A stretch of DNA of 64,000 nt from an uncultured Prevotellaceae bacterium (GTDB lineage Bacteria > Bacteroidota > Bacteroidia > Bacteroidales > Bacteroidaceae), in assembly GCA_900320435.1 (NCBI GenBank), contig ONSH01000007.1, forward strand, positions 5,232-69,231, written 5' to 3'. The notes beneath the pieces are model-generated. The model was given only the letters and a program-made list of their open reading frames with translations, had not been told where the DNA came from and ran no database searches. Within the stretch, counting starts at the first letter, position 1, and the number at the start of each line of letters is the position of its first letter. The position numbers and the translations under genes were made by a program. Below are positions 33,895-43,014 of this stretch, one piece after another.

Positions 33895-35268
33895 ATGAAG
33901 AAATTTAAACACATCGCAGGGATCACACTCCTGCTCGCCCTCACGGGCGGAGGCATCTGGCTCAACAGCCTCTTGCCCATCATCACGGGATATGCCGCCA
34001 AGAACCTCGCCTCGGCGGTGTTCGTATCGGGGCGGGAGGCCAGCGAGGTGGAGGCCCTCGACCTCAACTTCTCCTTCATCCGCTACACCGGCAACACGGT
34101 GGACAGTGTCAACAAAACGGTGACAAGCCGCTTCCTTTGGGCCAGCTCCACCGCCGCCTGGCGCGAGGGCTACGGCGTGACACTGCTGCGCGGCGCCACC
34201 GCCGACGAGCTGCGCGCCCAGAAGTATCCGCTGCAGATCCAGGAGCCCGCGAGCGAGCAACCTCTGCCCGAGGGCGACTCCGCCGTCAGCGCCAGGATGG
34301 CCTACGTGGGAGACGCCTTCATGAAGGGGCGCGCCTACGGCGGACATCCCTTCGCCTTCGTGGTGATGCACAGGGGCGGCGCCGTGTGTGAGCGCTACGA
34401 CGAGGGCATCACACCCCAGACACGCCTGCTGAGCTGGAGCATGGCCAAGAGCTTCACCAACGCCGTAGCCGGCGCGATGGTCCGGGACGGCCTCGTGGAC
34501 ATCAACGCCCCGACGGGCATCGAACAATGGCAGGAGGACGGACGCAGGGACATCACCCTCAACGACCTGATGCAGATGCAGAGCGGACTGGAGTGGAACG
34601 AGGACTACGGCGCACGCTCCGACGTGAACCTGATGCTCCACTGCGCAGAGGATATGGGCCTCTACGCCATCAACAAACCCCTGCAGCAGAAGCCCGGCAC
34701 ACGATGGTATTACTCCAGCGGCAGCACCAACATCGTGATGCGCTGTCTGCGCGACAAGTTCCCCACACAAAGGGAGTTCCTCAGCTACATCGACCGCCGT
34801 CTCTACACGCCGCTGGACATCCGCGACGCCGTCTTCGAGGAGGACATGAGCGGCACGCCCGTCGGTTCGTCGTATCTCTATCTCACGGCGCGCGGCTTCG
34901 CCCGCTTCGGCCAGATGTATCTCGACGACGGATGTGTCGGCGACGAGCGCATCCTGCCCAAGGGATGGGTCGCCTACACCGCCACACCGGCCTCCGACAG
35001 CAGAGGCGCCTACGGCTCCTTCTTCTGGCTCAACAGGATGGACTACAACGACATACCCTCATGGACGGAACGCGAAGGCTCCAAGCCCGACCGCCTGCCC
35101 GATGCGCCCTCAGACGTCTTCTACTGCAACGGTCACGACGGACAGCGCGTCTACATCATTCCCTCCAAGGAACTCGTGGTGGCCGTGCTGAGCTACTCGC
35201 CGAAGCCCGACGGCGTGATCGACTTCAACGCGCTGCTGAGAGACGTGATTGAGGCAATTGATAATTAA
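33895..35268 (+). CDS. Beta-lactamase-related serine hydrolase
   Basis: SxxK motif (SWSMAKS) and an N-terminal signal/anchor (MKKFKHIAGITLLLALTGGG). Start moved to ATG 33895. Confidence 0.75.
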   Translation: MKKFKHIAGITLLLALTGGGIWLNSLLPIITGYAAKNLASAVFVSGREASEVEALDLNFSFIRYTGNTVDSVNKTVTSRFLWASSTAAWREGYGVTLLRGATADELRAQKYPLQIQEPASEQPLPEGDSAVSARMAYVGDAFMKGRAYGGHPFAFVVMHRGGAVCERYDEGITPQTRLLSWSMAKSFTNAVAGAMVRDGLVDINAPTGIEQWQEDGRRDITLNDLMQMQSGLEWNEDYGARSDVNLMLHCAEDMGLYAINKPLQQKPGTRWYYSSGSTNIVMRCLRDKFPTQREFLSYIDRRLYTPLDIRDAVFEEDMSGTPVGSSYLYLTARGFARFGQMYLDDGCVGDERILPKGWVAYTATPASDSRGAYGSFFWLNRMDYNDIPSWTEREGSKPDRLPDAPSDVFYCNGHDGQRVYIIPSKELVVAVLSYSPKPDGVIDFNALLRDVIEAIDN

Positions 35269-35299
35269 AAATTAAAAATGAAAAATGAATAGTTGAATA
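35265..35299. repeat. Heptamer-periodic repeat, 5 units (ttaaaaa ttaaaaa tgaaaaa tgaatag ttgaata), starting at the stop codon
   Basis: Read directly from the sequence. Confidence 0.75.
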
Positions 35300-35304
35300 A
35301 AAAA

Positions 35305-35337
35305 AGCGCCCCGGGTCTGAACGACTCGGGGCGCTTT
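35305..35337. terminator. GC-rich hairpin, a potentially bidirectional terminator between the hydrolase gene and the tRNA cluster
   Basis: agcgccccg / cggggcgct, a 9-bp perfect stem flanked by an A-run and a T-run. Confidence 0.65.
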
Positions 35338-35342
35338 GCGAG

Positions 35343-35424
35343 TGAAGAGGAGGAGACTCGAACTCCCACGTCTCGCGACACTACCACCTCAAAGTAGCGC
35401 GTCTACCAATTCCGCCACCTCTCC
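35343..35424 (-). tRNA. tRNA-Leu(GAG)
   Basis: Cloverleaf built by hand. Acceptor GGAGAGG/CCTCTTC, anticodon loop TTGAGGT, long variable arm, T-loop TTCGAGT. Confidence 0.85.
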
Positions 35425-35452
35425 AACACGCTGCGGACATCGTCCGCATTGC

Positions 35453-35537
35453 TGGTGCCCAAAACAGGACTCGAACCTGCACGTCTTGCGACACACGCAC
35501 CTGAAACGTGCGCGTCTACCAATTCCGCCACTTGGGC
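35453..35537 (-). tRNA. tRNA-Leu(CAG), CCA encoded
   Basis: Acceptor GCCCAAG/TTTGGGC, anticodon loop TTCAGGT, long variable arm, 3' CCA present. Confidence 0.85.
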
Positions 35538-35554
35538 ATTCTGCAATAAATCTG

Positions 35555-35627
35555 AGCGGAAAACGAGACTCGAACTCGCGACCCCAACCTTGGCAAGGTT
35601 GTGCTCTACCAACTGAGCTATTTCCGC
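35555..35627 (-). tRNA. tRNA-Gly(GCC)
   Basis: GCGGAAATAGCTCAGTTGGTAGAGCACAACCTTGCCAAGGTTGGGGTCGCGAGTTCGAGTCTCGTTTTCCGCT; anticodon loop TTGCCAA. Confidence 0.9.
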
Positions 35628-35697
35628 ATTATCATGCTCCTTTATCTCTGCGGTGAGCTAACTTCTTGCCAAGGTTGGGTTTACCTTTTTTTCTTGG

Positions 35698-35733
35698 GGC
35701 AAGGTTGTGCTCTACCAACTGAGCTATTTCCGC
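35698..35733 (-). pseudogene. Truncated duplicate of tRNA-Gly(GCC): 5' half only, ending at the anticodon
   Basis: 36 nt identical to tRNA positions 1-36, plus 4 identical upstream nt. It diverges immediately after GCC. Confidence 0.85.
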
Positions 35734-35766
35734 ATTAAAGGAAGCAAATCCGCTGAATTGCGGGCA

Positions 35767-35774
35767 CAAAGGTA
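35767..35774 (-). promoter_or_regulatory. -7 box TACCTTTG upstream of the tRNA cluster (immediately upstream of the truncated copy)
   Basis: Reverse complement of caaaggta, about 30 nt upstream of 35737. Confidence 0.45.
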
Positions 35775-35842
35775 AGGCATTTTTTCGGTTCGGCCAAACA
35801 TTTGGGCAACTTTTTTTTGAAAAGAAGCAAAAAAAGCCTCAT

Positions 35843-36982
35843 TCAATCCATGCGGTCGCGATAATCTTCGTAGGAGAAGCGGCGAAGCAGCTCGTCACGG
35901 CCGTCCAGACGGCGCAAGACAAGGGCCGGATGAGGGATGCCGTTGAACATCGTGGTCTTCACCGTCGTGTAGTGGTTCATGTCCTCAAAATGAAGGCGGT
36001 CCCCCACCCTCAAATCGCGGTCGAAGAAGAAACCCTCCATGAAGTCGCCGCTCAGGCAGGAATTGCCGCCCAGACGGTAAGGACGCGCGCCGGGAGCGTC
36101 GGGCGTCACCTCTTCGCGCACCTGAGGCTTGTAGGGCATCTCCAGGCAGTCGGGCATGTGGCAGGTGAAGGACACATCGAGGATCGCCGTGCGGATGCCG
36201 CCGTTCTCCACCACATCGACCACGGAAGCCACCAGCGGGCCCGTCTGCCAGCCGAAGGCGCTGCCGGGCTCGAGGATGAGATGCAGGCGGGGCCAGCGCT
36301 CCTGAAGGCCGCGCAGGATGCGGATGAGACGCTCCGTGTCGTAGCCCTCGCGCGTCATGAGATGACCGCCGCCGAGGTTGAGCCACTTCAAACGCGGGAA
36401 CCAGCGGGAGAACTTCTCCTCGATATAGCGCAGGTTGTCCTCCAGATCCTCCGCCGACGACTCGCAGTGGCAATGGCAATGGAAGCCGTCGACGAGGGCC
36501 ACATCGTCGTCCGTGAGGTCCGACGAGAGCACGCCGAAGCGCGAGCCGGGCGCGCAGGGATCGTAGAGCGCCGTCTCGATGTGGGAATGCTCGGGGTTGA
36601 TGCGCAGGCCTACGGAGACGGGCTCGCACAGGTGCGACATATTATAAGAGGACACGAGCGGGCGCAGGCGCCGCAGCTGCGAGAGGGAGTTGAAGGTGAT
36701 GTGGGAAGAGCAGCGCAGAAGCTCCGGGAAATCGGCCTCGGTGTAGGCCGGAGAGAAGGTGTGGGCGCGGGCGCCGAACTCCTCCAGAGCCAGACGCGCC
36801 TCCCAGGGACTGGAGGCCGTCGTGGACGAGATATATTCGCGCAGGATGGGAAACGTGCGCCACAGGGCGTAGGCCTTGAAGGCCAGAATGATCTCGGCAC
36901 CGGAGGCATCGGCCACACGGCGGATAAGCTCCAGATTGCGGCGCAGAAGGCGCTCCTCGATGAGATAGTAAGGCGTGTTCAT
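35843..36982 (-). CDS. nspC: Carboxynorspermidine/carboxyspermidine decarboxylase
   Basis: 379 aa, group IV PLP decarboxylase-like, with an NspC-type N-terminus (TPYYLIEERLLRRNLE...ILAFKA). Confidence 0.8.
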   Translation of the reverse strand: MNTPYYLIEERLLRRNLELIRRVADASGAEIILAFKAYALWRTFPILREYISSTTASSPWEARLALEEFGARAHTFSPAYTEADFPELLRCSSHITFNSLSQLRRLRPLVSSYNMSHLCEPVSVGLRINPEHSHIETALYDPCAPGSRFGVLSSDLTDDDVALVDGFHCHCHCESSAEDLEDNLRYIEEKFSRWFPRLKWLNLGGGHLMTREGYDTERLIRILRGLQERWPRLHLILEPGSAFGWQTGPLVASVVDVVENGGIRTAILDVSFTCHMPDCLEMPYKPQVREEVTPDAPGARPYRLGGNSCLSGDFMEGFFFDRDLRVGDRLHFEDMNHYTTVKTTMFNGIPHPALVLRRLDGRDELLRRFSYEDYRDRMD

Positions 36983-36993
36983 CCCTCAGAAAA

Positions 36994-37947
36994 TCAATAG
37001 ACCCAACGGACGTTGTCCACCCAGAAGGTGTTGCCCACACTGCCGATGTAGGCGCCGCCGTGAGAGGAGTCGAACTTGACGATGGCATGCGTCGGCTGAG
37101 CGTCGGCCGGAGCCCATCCCACCTCGGGACAGGGCACGAGCTTGCCCTTGCTGTTGTAGGCGTAGAAGGTGCGTTCGCCGCTGATGAGGCCCATCCAGTC
37201 GCGATAGTCAGCCTCGCGGGAGATGTCGCCGTAGCGGATGGCGAACTCGCGGTCGTTGACCCACGAAGCGGTGGAGCGGTCGAAGCGCGCAATCATCGTG
37301 CCCACACGGCGGGCGGAGAGATTGCCCTTGGCGTCCTCCGTGCGCTGCTGCAGGATGACGACGACCTCGCAGAGATCGCGCCCGCTGACCTTGGTGACGC
37401 GCGAGAAGCCCGTCTGACGGATGCGGTCGGGCGCGTCGGAAAGCGTCACCTTGTAGTCGAACTTCACGGCGCGCGGACGGCGCGAGAAGGGAATGCCGAT
37501 GTTCATGTTGGACATGGGATTCTTAGACGACTTGATGGGCTCCTTCATCTCGCCCGTGAAGAGCGAACCGGCCGCCAGCACGCGGATGTTGATGATGCCG
37601 ATGACCTTGACCGCCTCCTCGTGGGTGACGAGCTTGACGCAATGGCCGCGACCCTCGTGCGTGTCGCGATAGACGCTGGCGTTGGTCTTCACCACACCGC
37701 TCACCTTGGCGTAGACATTGCTCGTGGCCCAGGGACTGCCGCCCTTGTTGACATAAGGCTCACCCTCCGGCCATGTGGACGTGGGGCCCACCTCGAGGAT
37801 GGTCTTGCGATTGCCGCCGATGACGGCGCTCTCCTTGTAGTGACGCGTGACCCACTGCTCGAAGTCACCAAACTTAATCAGCTCGTCTTCAGCAAACAAC
37901 GGAGCCGAGACGAGAAGCAGAAAACAGAGGCGAAGGAATCTTGTCAT
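36994..37947 (-). CDS. PCMD-domain (putative carbohydrate metabolism domain) secreted protein
   Basis: Signal peptide and FGDFEQW...WATSN motifs typical of the PCMD family. Confidence 0.6.
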   Translation of the reverse strand: MTRFLRLCFLLLVSAPLFAEDELIKFGDFEQWVTRHYKESAVIGGNRKTILEVGPTSTWPEGEPYVNKGGSPWATSNVYAKVSGVVKTNASVYRDTHEGRGHCVKLVTHEEAVKVIGIINIRVLAAGSLFTGEMKEPIKSSKNPMSNMNIGIPFSRRPRAVKFDYKVTLSDAPDRIRQTGFSRVTKVSGRDLCEVVVILQQRTEDAKGNLSARRVGTMIARFDRSTASWVNDREFAIRYGDISREADYRDWMGLISGERTFYAYNSKGKLVPCPEVGWAPADAQPTHAIVKFDSSHGGAYIGSVGNTFWVDNVRWVY

Positions 37948-37964
37948 CGCAAAAAAAGATTTAA

Positions 37965-39296
37965 TCAGAATGCTTCATTGATGCTGAACACCACACTGCC
38001 CTCGTCGCGCGTGAAGCCGTAGTCGATACGCACGTTGACGCGCGGCTTGAACTCCCAGCGGATGCCCAGACCATAGCTGGGCAGCGTGTGGCTCCAACGG
38101 AAGCCGTCGAAGTTGGGGAACACGTTGCCGAAGCCGCCCCAGAGCACAGCACCCCAACGGTGCCAGATGCGCTGACGGAACTCGAGCTGGGCCTCGATGA
38201 TGTTGTTGTCGCGATAGCGGCCGCGATAGTAGCCGCGCATGCGGCCGTCCACACCGGCCTCGGCCATATTCGTCCAAGGCACTTCGCCGCCGTAGTTGAA
38301 GAGGCCGTGAAACTCGAAGGCCAGGACGCACTTGGTCCACGTCGGCGTGTAGGTGCGGTAGGTGAAGTCGGTGGACCAGAAGTCGTAGGTGTTGAGACCG
38401 GGCGCATAGTAGAGCTGCTGGAGGCAGACATAGTGGCCGTGATAGGCATTGAGGCCGTAGTCGCGGGAATCGTAGAGGAAGGTGGCGCCGAAGCCAGTGC
38501 TGAAGATGTTGCGGTCCTGACCGTTGATGAGGTCGATGACCTGACCGTCGCGCACGGGGAAGGTGAAGTCGCGCGTGTTGACCATAGCGAGCTTCATGCG
38601 GGCGCCCATATAGAGATTGTTGGCCAGACGGAAGAGATAGTCGGGGCTGAAAATCAGCTGATACTGCTTGTATTTGCCCTTGTTGGCGTCGTCCTTGCCC
38701 ATGTCGAAGCCGATGCCCCACATGTCGTTGGGCACATTCTTGAACGAGAGCTCGTAGAACCAGCGGTGGCGGTCCTTGGGCATGTAGTTGTGACCCTGAA
38801 AGCCCACCTCGATCATACCCGTGAGGCCGAGGTTAAAGTAGATGCTGCAGTCGGACTTCTGAAGCGAGACGTCCTTCTGGTCCCAGCGGTAAAGGATGCT
38901 GGCCACACCGCCGATGGCGAACGAGGTGTTGGGGTTGTAGCCCGGACCGGCGATGAAGCTCCAGTCCACCTTCTTGTTGCTCTCCTTGTTGGTGTTGGAG
39001 AGGTAGTCCATCAGCCAGTAGTAAGCGCGCGTGATGCCCTTCTTGCTGCGGTAGTCGTAGCGGTTGTTGCGCACGGTGTCGCCCACCACGATGTGGGTGG
39101 AGTCGATGGCCGCAGTATCAACAAGAAGGCTGTCGGACCTGAGGCTGTCGGCAGGAAGCGCAGCCGGCGCCGAAAGCGTGTCGGCCGCAGCAGACAGAGA
39201 ATCAGCAGGAACGGCCGGAAAAGCTCTCCCCTCCTCCGCCTGCAGCGAAGAAAAAAGGAGCACGAGGCTCGAAAGAAGGGCGAAACACCGCATCAT
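37965..39296 (-). CDS. Omp85/BamA-TamA-family outer-membrane beta-barrel protein
   Basis: Start at ATG 39296 (MMRCFALLSSLVLLFSSLQA). C-terminal surface-antigen-type barrel motifs (RGYYRGRYRD, GLGIRWEF), ending in F. Confidence 0.75.
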   Translation of the reverse strand: MMRCFALLSSLVLLFSSLQAEEGRAFPAVPADSLSAAADTLSAPAALPADSLRSDSLLVDTAAIDSTHIVVGDTVRNNRYDYRSKKGITRAYYWLMDYLSNTNKESNKKVDWSFIAGPGYNPNTSFAIGGVASILYRWDQKDVSLQKSDCSIYFNLGLTGMIEVGFQGHNYMPKDRHRWFYELSFKNVPNDMWGIGFDMGKDDANKGKYKQYQLIFSPDYLFRLANNLYMGARMKLAMVNTRDFTFPVRDGQVIDLINGQDRNIFSTGFGATFLYDSRDYGLNAYHGHYVCLQQLYYAPGLNTYDFWSTDFTYRTYTPTWTKCVLAFEFHGLFNYGGEVPWTNMAEAGVDGRMRGYYRGRYRDNNIIEAQLEFRQRIWHRWGAVLWGGFGNVFPNFDGFRWSHTLPSYGLGIRWEFKPRVNVRIDYGFTRDEGSVVFSINEAF

Positions 39297-39417
39297 ACGG
39301 GACAAAGGTATAAAAAAAATGCGGGTGGAGCGCCCGGCAGTCGGGAGAATATTAAGCAAATCACGCGTTTTTTCACTTTTTACGGTGCAAGGCCTTCGGA
39401 GTGTGGCGACTTTTTCG

Positions 39418-39425
39418 TACATTTG
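39418..39425 (+). promoter_or_regulatory. -7 box TACATTTG for fbp
   Basis: Exact TAnnTTTG 21 nt upstream of ATG 39446. Confidence 0.45.
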
Positions 39426-39445
39426 CAGTCGAAAGGACAAAGAAA

Positions 39446-41440
39446 ATGAGCGCAAACAACCAATCCATGACCCGACAGGTGGAACAGGACCGACGCATCC
39501 TGGAGCTGCTCTCACAGAGCTTCCCCAACGCCGCTGCCGCCAGCACGGAAATCATCAACCTGGAAGCCATCCTCAACCTGCCCAAAGGCACGGAGCATTT
39601 TGTGGCCGACATACACGGAGAGCACGAAGCCTTCCAACACATCCTCAAGAACGCCTCGGGCACCATCAAACGCAAGATCAAAGAACGCTACGACGAGACC
39701 CTCTCGAAGGAGGAAATCAGGGAGTTGTGCACGCTCATCTACTACCCCGAAGAGAAGCTGGAGTTGGTGACGGCCGCCGAAGACGACCTGACGACGTGGT
39801 ACGAAACCACCCTGTTCCGACTCATCGAAGTGTGTCGCATCATCTCCTCGAAATACACCCGCAGCAAGGTGCGCAAGGCGCTGCCGCAGGAGTTCGCCTA
39901 CATCCTGGAAGAGCTGCTCCACGAAAACGCCGAGGACAAAGACAAGGGCGACTACATCCACCGCATCATCGAGACCATCATCTCGACGGAGCAGGCCGGC
40001 AACATCATCAAGGCCCTCTGCCACGTGATACAGCGTCTGGCCATCGACCAGCTGCACATCCTGGGCGACGTGTTCGACCGCGGACCGGGCGCCCATCTCA
40101 TCATGGACATGCTGCTGGACTACAAGAACTTCGACATACAGTGGGGCAACCACGACGCCCTGTGGATGGGCGCCGCCGCCGGCAACGACTGCTGCATCAT
40201 GAACGTGCTGCGCCTCTCGCTGCGCTTCGGCAACATGGCCACGCTGGAAGACGGATACGGCATCAACCTCGTGCCGCTGGCCACCTTCGCCATGGAGCAA
40301 TACGGCGACGACCCCTGCTGCGAATTCATGCCAAAACTGGCTGAAAACCAGCACGCCATGGACGAAAAGGAACAACTGCTGCTGGCCCGTATGCACAAGG
40401 CCGTGAGCATCCTGCAGTTCAAGCTGGAGGAGCAGATGACCGAGGCCCATCCCGACTGGGTGATGGAGCGCATCGGCACACTGCACCACATCCGCCCCGA
40501 AGAAGGCGTCTATGAGCTCGACGGCAAGACATACGCCATGAGCTCGTGCCACTTCCCCACCGTGGACTGGAAGCAGCCCTACGCTCTGACCGAAGCGGAG
40601 GAGGACCTGAGGCGCCAGCTGCACCACAGCTTCCGTGTGAGCGAAAAACTGCAGCGCCACGTGAAATGCCTCTTCGACCACGGATGCATGTACGCCGTCG
40701 TCAACTCGAACCTGCTCTTTCACGCCTCCGTGCCCATGAACGAAGACGGCACACTCAAGGAAATCACACTCAAAGGCGAGCGCTACAAAGGGCTGCAGCT
40801 CATGAAGCGCATCGGCATGATCATGCGCTCGGCCTTCACCACCGATACGCCCGAAGCCGAAAAGAAATGGGCCAAAGACTACTTCTGGTATCTCTGGTGC
40901 GGACCCGAGAGCCCGCTCTTCGACAAAAGCCGCATGACCACCTTCGAGCGCTACTTCCTCACCGACAAGGCGCTGCACGAAGAAAAGAAAGGCGCCTACT
41001 ACCGGCTGCGCAACGACCCCGAAGTGTGCGAACGCATCATGGACGCCTTCGGCGTGAAAGGCGAACACCGCCACATCATCAACGGACACGTGCCCGTGCA
41101 CGTAGCCGCAGGCGAGACGCCCATCAAGGCCGAAGGACGGCTGATGGTGATCGACGGCGGATTTGCAGAGCCCTACCACAAGACCACCGGCATCGCCGGA
41201 TACACGCTGGTCTATCACTCCAGAGGATTCCAGCTCATACAGCACGAGCCCTTCCGCAGCACCCGGCAGGCCATCGTCAACGGCACGGACATCAAAAGCG
41301 AAGTGCAGATCGTGGAGATGACGGGCCAGCGCATGAAGGTGAGAGACACCGACAGAGGACGCTACATCATGCAGCAGATCTCGGAACTGCGCGAACTGCT
41401 CTACGCCTATCGCCACGGACTGCTGAAATCCAGAGGATAA
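39446..41440 (+). CDS. fbp: Fructose-1,6-bisphosphatase class 3
   Basis: About 664 aa with metallophosphoesterase motifs (GDVFDRG, GNHD). The length is typical of class 3 FBPase. Confidence 0.88.
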   Translation: MSANNQSMTRQVEQDRRILELLSQSFPNAAAASTEIINLEAILNLPKGTEHFVADIHGEHEAFQHILKNASGTIKRKIKERYDETLSKEEIRELCTLIYYPEEKLELVTAAEDDLTTWYETTLFRLIEVCRIISSKYTRSKVRKALPQEFAYILEELLHENAEDKDKGDYIHRIIETIISTEQAGNIIKALCHVIQRLAIDQLHILGDVFDRGPGAHLIMDMLLDYKNFDIQWGNHDALWMGAAAGNDCCIMNVLRLSLRFGNMATLEDGYGINLVPLATFAMEQYGDDPCCEFMPKLAENQHAMDEKEQLLLARMHKAVSILQFKLEEQMTEAHPDWVMERIGTLHHIRPEEGVYELDGKTYAMSSCHFPTVDWKQPYALTEAEEDLRRQLHHSFRVSEKLQRHVKCLFDHGCMYAVVNSNLLFHASVPMNEDGTLKEITLKGERYKGLQLMKRIGMIMRSAFTTDTPEAEKKWAKDYFWYLWCGPESPLFDKSRMTTFERYFLTDKALHEEKKGAYYRLRNDPEVCERIMDAFGVKGEHRHIINGHVPVHVAAGETPIKAEGRLMVIDGGFAEPYHKTTGIAGYTLVYHSRGFQLIQHEPFRSTRQAIVNGTDIKSEVQIVEMTGQRMKVRDTDRGRYIMQQISELRELLYAYRHGLLKSRG

Positions 41441-41455
41441 AACGCACGAAAAGCA

Positions 41456-42343
41456 ATGATGAACGAATACGCTTCGAAGAAATACATCGAGATACCCGTC
41501 AGGGAAGACTGCCTGCTGATGGACTTTCTGCTCAAGCAGATGGGACTCACCCACACGCGGGTGAAGAACCTGCTCTCGGGCGGCGCCGTCACCGTAGACC
41601 GCAAAGCCGTGAGCCGGCACGACACCCAGCTACACAGGGGCGAGACGGTGCACGTGATGCGCCACAAGAGAGGCGTCAGCCTGGAAAACCGTTACGTGAA
41701 AATCGTCTATGAAGACAAAAACCTGGTCGTCATAGAGAAGCAGGAAGGCATACTCTCCATGGCCGCCACCGCCAAACAGTATTGCGTGAAGACGGTGCTG
41801 GACGAATACTTCGAGAAGCGTCACTTCAAATGTCGCGCCCACGTGGTGCACCGCCTCGACCGCGACACCTCCGGGCTGATGATCTACGCCAAAGACATCG
41901 AGACGGCACAGACGCTGGAGCGTGCATGGCACGAGCTCGTCTACGACAGGCGCTACGTGGCGCTGCTCTCAGGGCATATGGAGCAGGAAGGCGGCACGGT
42001 GCACAACTGGTTGAAAGACAACAAGGCCTACATCACCTACTCCTCGCCCACCGACAACGGCGGCAAGGAAGCTGTGACGCACTACAGGCGCCTCAAAGTG
42101 AAAGACAATCTGACGCTGTGCGAGATGAAGCTGGAGACGGGACGCAAGAACCAAATACGCGTGCACATGGCCGATCTGGGATATCCCGTATGCGGCGACG
42201 AAAAATACGGCGACGGGCGTAATCCGGTACACAGGCTGGCGCTGCACGCCTACAGGCTCTTCTTCACACATCCGGTGACGGGAGAAGACATGCGCTTCGA
42301 GACGCCCTTCCCCAAAGCCTTCACACAATTCTTCGAAGACTAG
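41456..42343 (+). CDS. RluA-family pseudouridine synthase with N-terminal S4-like domain
   Basis: HRLDRDTSGLMIYAKD catalytic motif and KNQIRVH. Confidence 0.85.
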   Translation: MMNEYASKKYIEIPVREDCLLMDFLLKQMGLTHTRVKNLLSGGAVTVDRKAVSRHDTQLHRGETVHVMRHKRGVSLENRYVKIVYEDKNLVVIEKQEGILSMAATAKQYCVKTVLDEYFEKRHFKCRAHVVHRLDRDTSGLMIYAKDIETAQTLERAWHELVYDRRYVALLSGHMEQEGGTVHNWLKDNKAYITYSSPTDNGGKEAVTHYRRLKVKDNLTLCEMKLETGRKNQIRVHMADLGYPVCGDEKYGDGRNPVHRLALHAYRLFFTHPVTGEDMRFETPFPKAFTQFFED

Positions 42344-42993
42344 AACAGCATCACGACCAAAGTGGCGAGGAATGCCACCGTGACCACATCGAGATCATCC
42401 ACGGAATAACCGCTCGAGGTGAAAGCCATGGAGTGATAATAGTGACCCCGGAACTGCATCCGACGGGCCGTGTAGCGGTAGAGACGGTAGCAGCCGAAAC
42501 CGATCAGAGCGCCGATGCAGGCCCCGCAGAAAATGTCGGAGGGATAGTGCACGCCCAGATACATGCGGCTGTAGCAAGACAGCGAAGCCCAGGAGAAACA
42601 CGTCAGCGTCATGCGCCAATGGCGCACCAAAAGGCTGAAGAAGGTGGCAACGGCAAACGTGTTGGAGGCATGGTTGCTCGGAAAACTGTAGAGACCGCCG
42701 ACATAATCGTTGACAGTCTGGATGCGCCCCATAATCGCAGGGTCGTGCGTGGGACGCAAACGACCCACCCAAGGTTTGATGAGGGAGGCGCACAGCTGAT
42801 CGGCCAGCAAGACCGTCAGAGCCACGCAGAAGAAAATCAGCAACGCCTCCTTCCTCTGGTTGCTCTTAAGCACCAGCCACAGCAGCGAGAGAAAGAAAAA
42901 GATCCAGGGCAGCGTGCCTGTGACGGACCACATGAACTCGTTGAGCCAAACATTGTGGTGGCCGTTGATGAGCAGAAGGATAAATTCGTCCAT
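42340..42993 (-). CDS. PAP2-family membrane phosphatase
   Basis: KxxxxxxRP (KPWVGRLRP), PSNH (SFPSNHASN) and SRxxxxxHxxxD (YSRMYLGVHYPSD) motifs. Confidence 0.85.
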   Translation of the reverse strand: MDEFILLLINGHHNVWLNEFMWSVTGTLPWIFFFLSLLWLVLKSNQRKEALLIFFCVALTVLLADQLCASLIKPWVGRLRPTHDPAIMGRIQTVNDYVGGLYSFPSNHASNTFAVATFFSLLVRHWRMTLTCFSWASLSCYSRMYLGVHYPSDIFCGACIGALIGFGCYRLYRYTARRMQFRGHYYHSMAFTSSGYSVDDLDVVTVAFLATLVVMLF

Positions 42994-43014
42994 AGTGCTT
43001 CTCCTTTATACCGC

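Noticed and set aside
25484-35299. Possibility that the tandem repeats are a CRISPR array or integron attC sites
   Set aside because: The repeats are contiguous, with no spacers, and have 7-22 nt units, which is not the 25-40 nt repeat-spacer pattern. No cas or intI genes are present. The gene units have mixed orientations, unlike integron cassettes.
25000-35400. Prophage, ICE or transposon interpretation of the accessory stretch
   Set aside because: No integrase, transposase, relaxase, capsid or terminase-like ORF exists on either strand. The only mobile-element hints are the tRNA fragment, the IR element and the compositional shift, so no mobile_element feature is called.
35403-35656. ORFs overlapping the tRNA cluster (35336-35656 plus strand, 35403-35612 minus strand)
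   Set aside because: They are entirely explained by the three tRNA genes and have no coding signal.
35628-35733. Intron-containing or split tRNA-Gly (truncated 5' half spliced to a downstream part)
   Set aside because: A complete, canonical tRNA-Gly lies immediately downstream. The fragment has no matching 3' half, so a duplication or recombination scar is the simpler explanation.
39512-41620. 702-aa minus-strand ORF opposite fbp
   Set aside because: Antisense artefact of codon bias. The plus strand encodes class-3 FBPase with metallophosphoesterase motifs, and the antisense product has an implausible composition.
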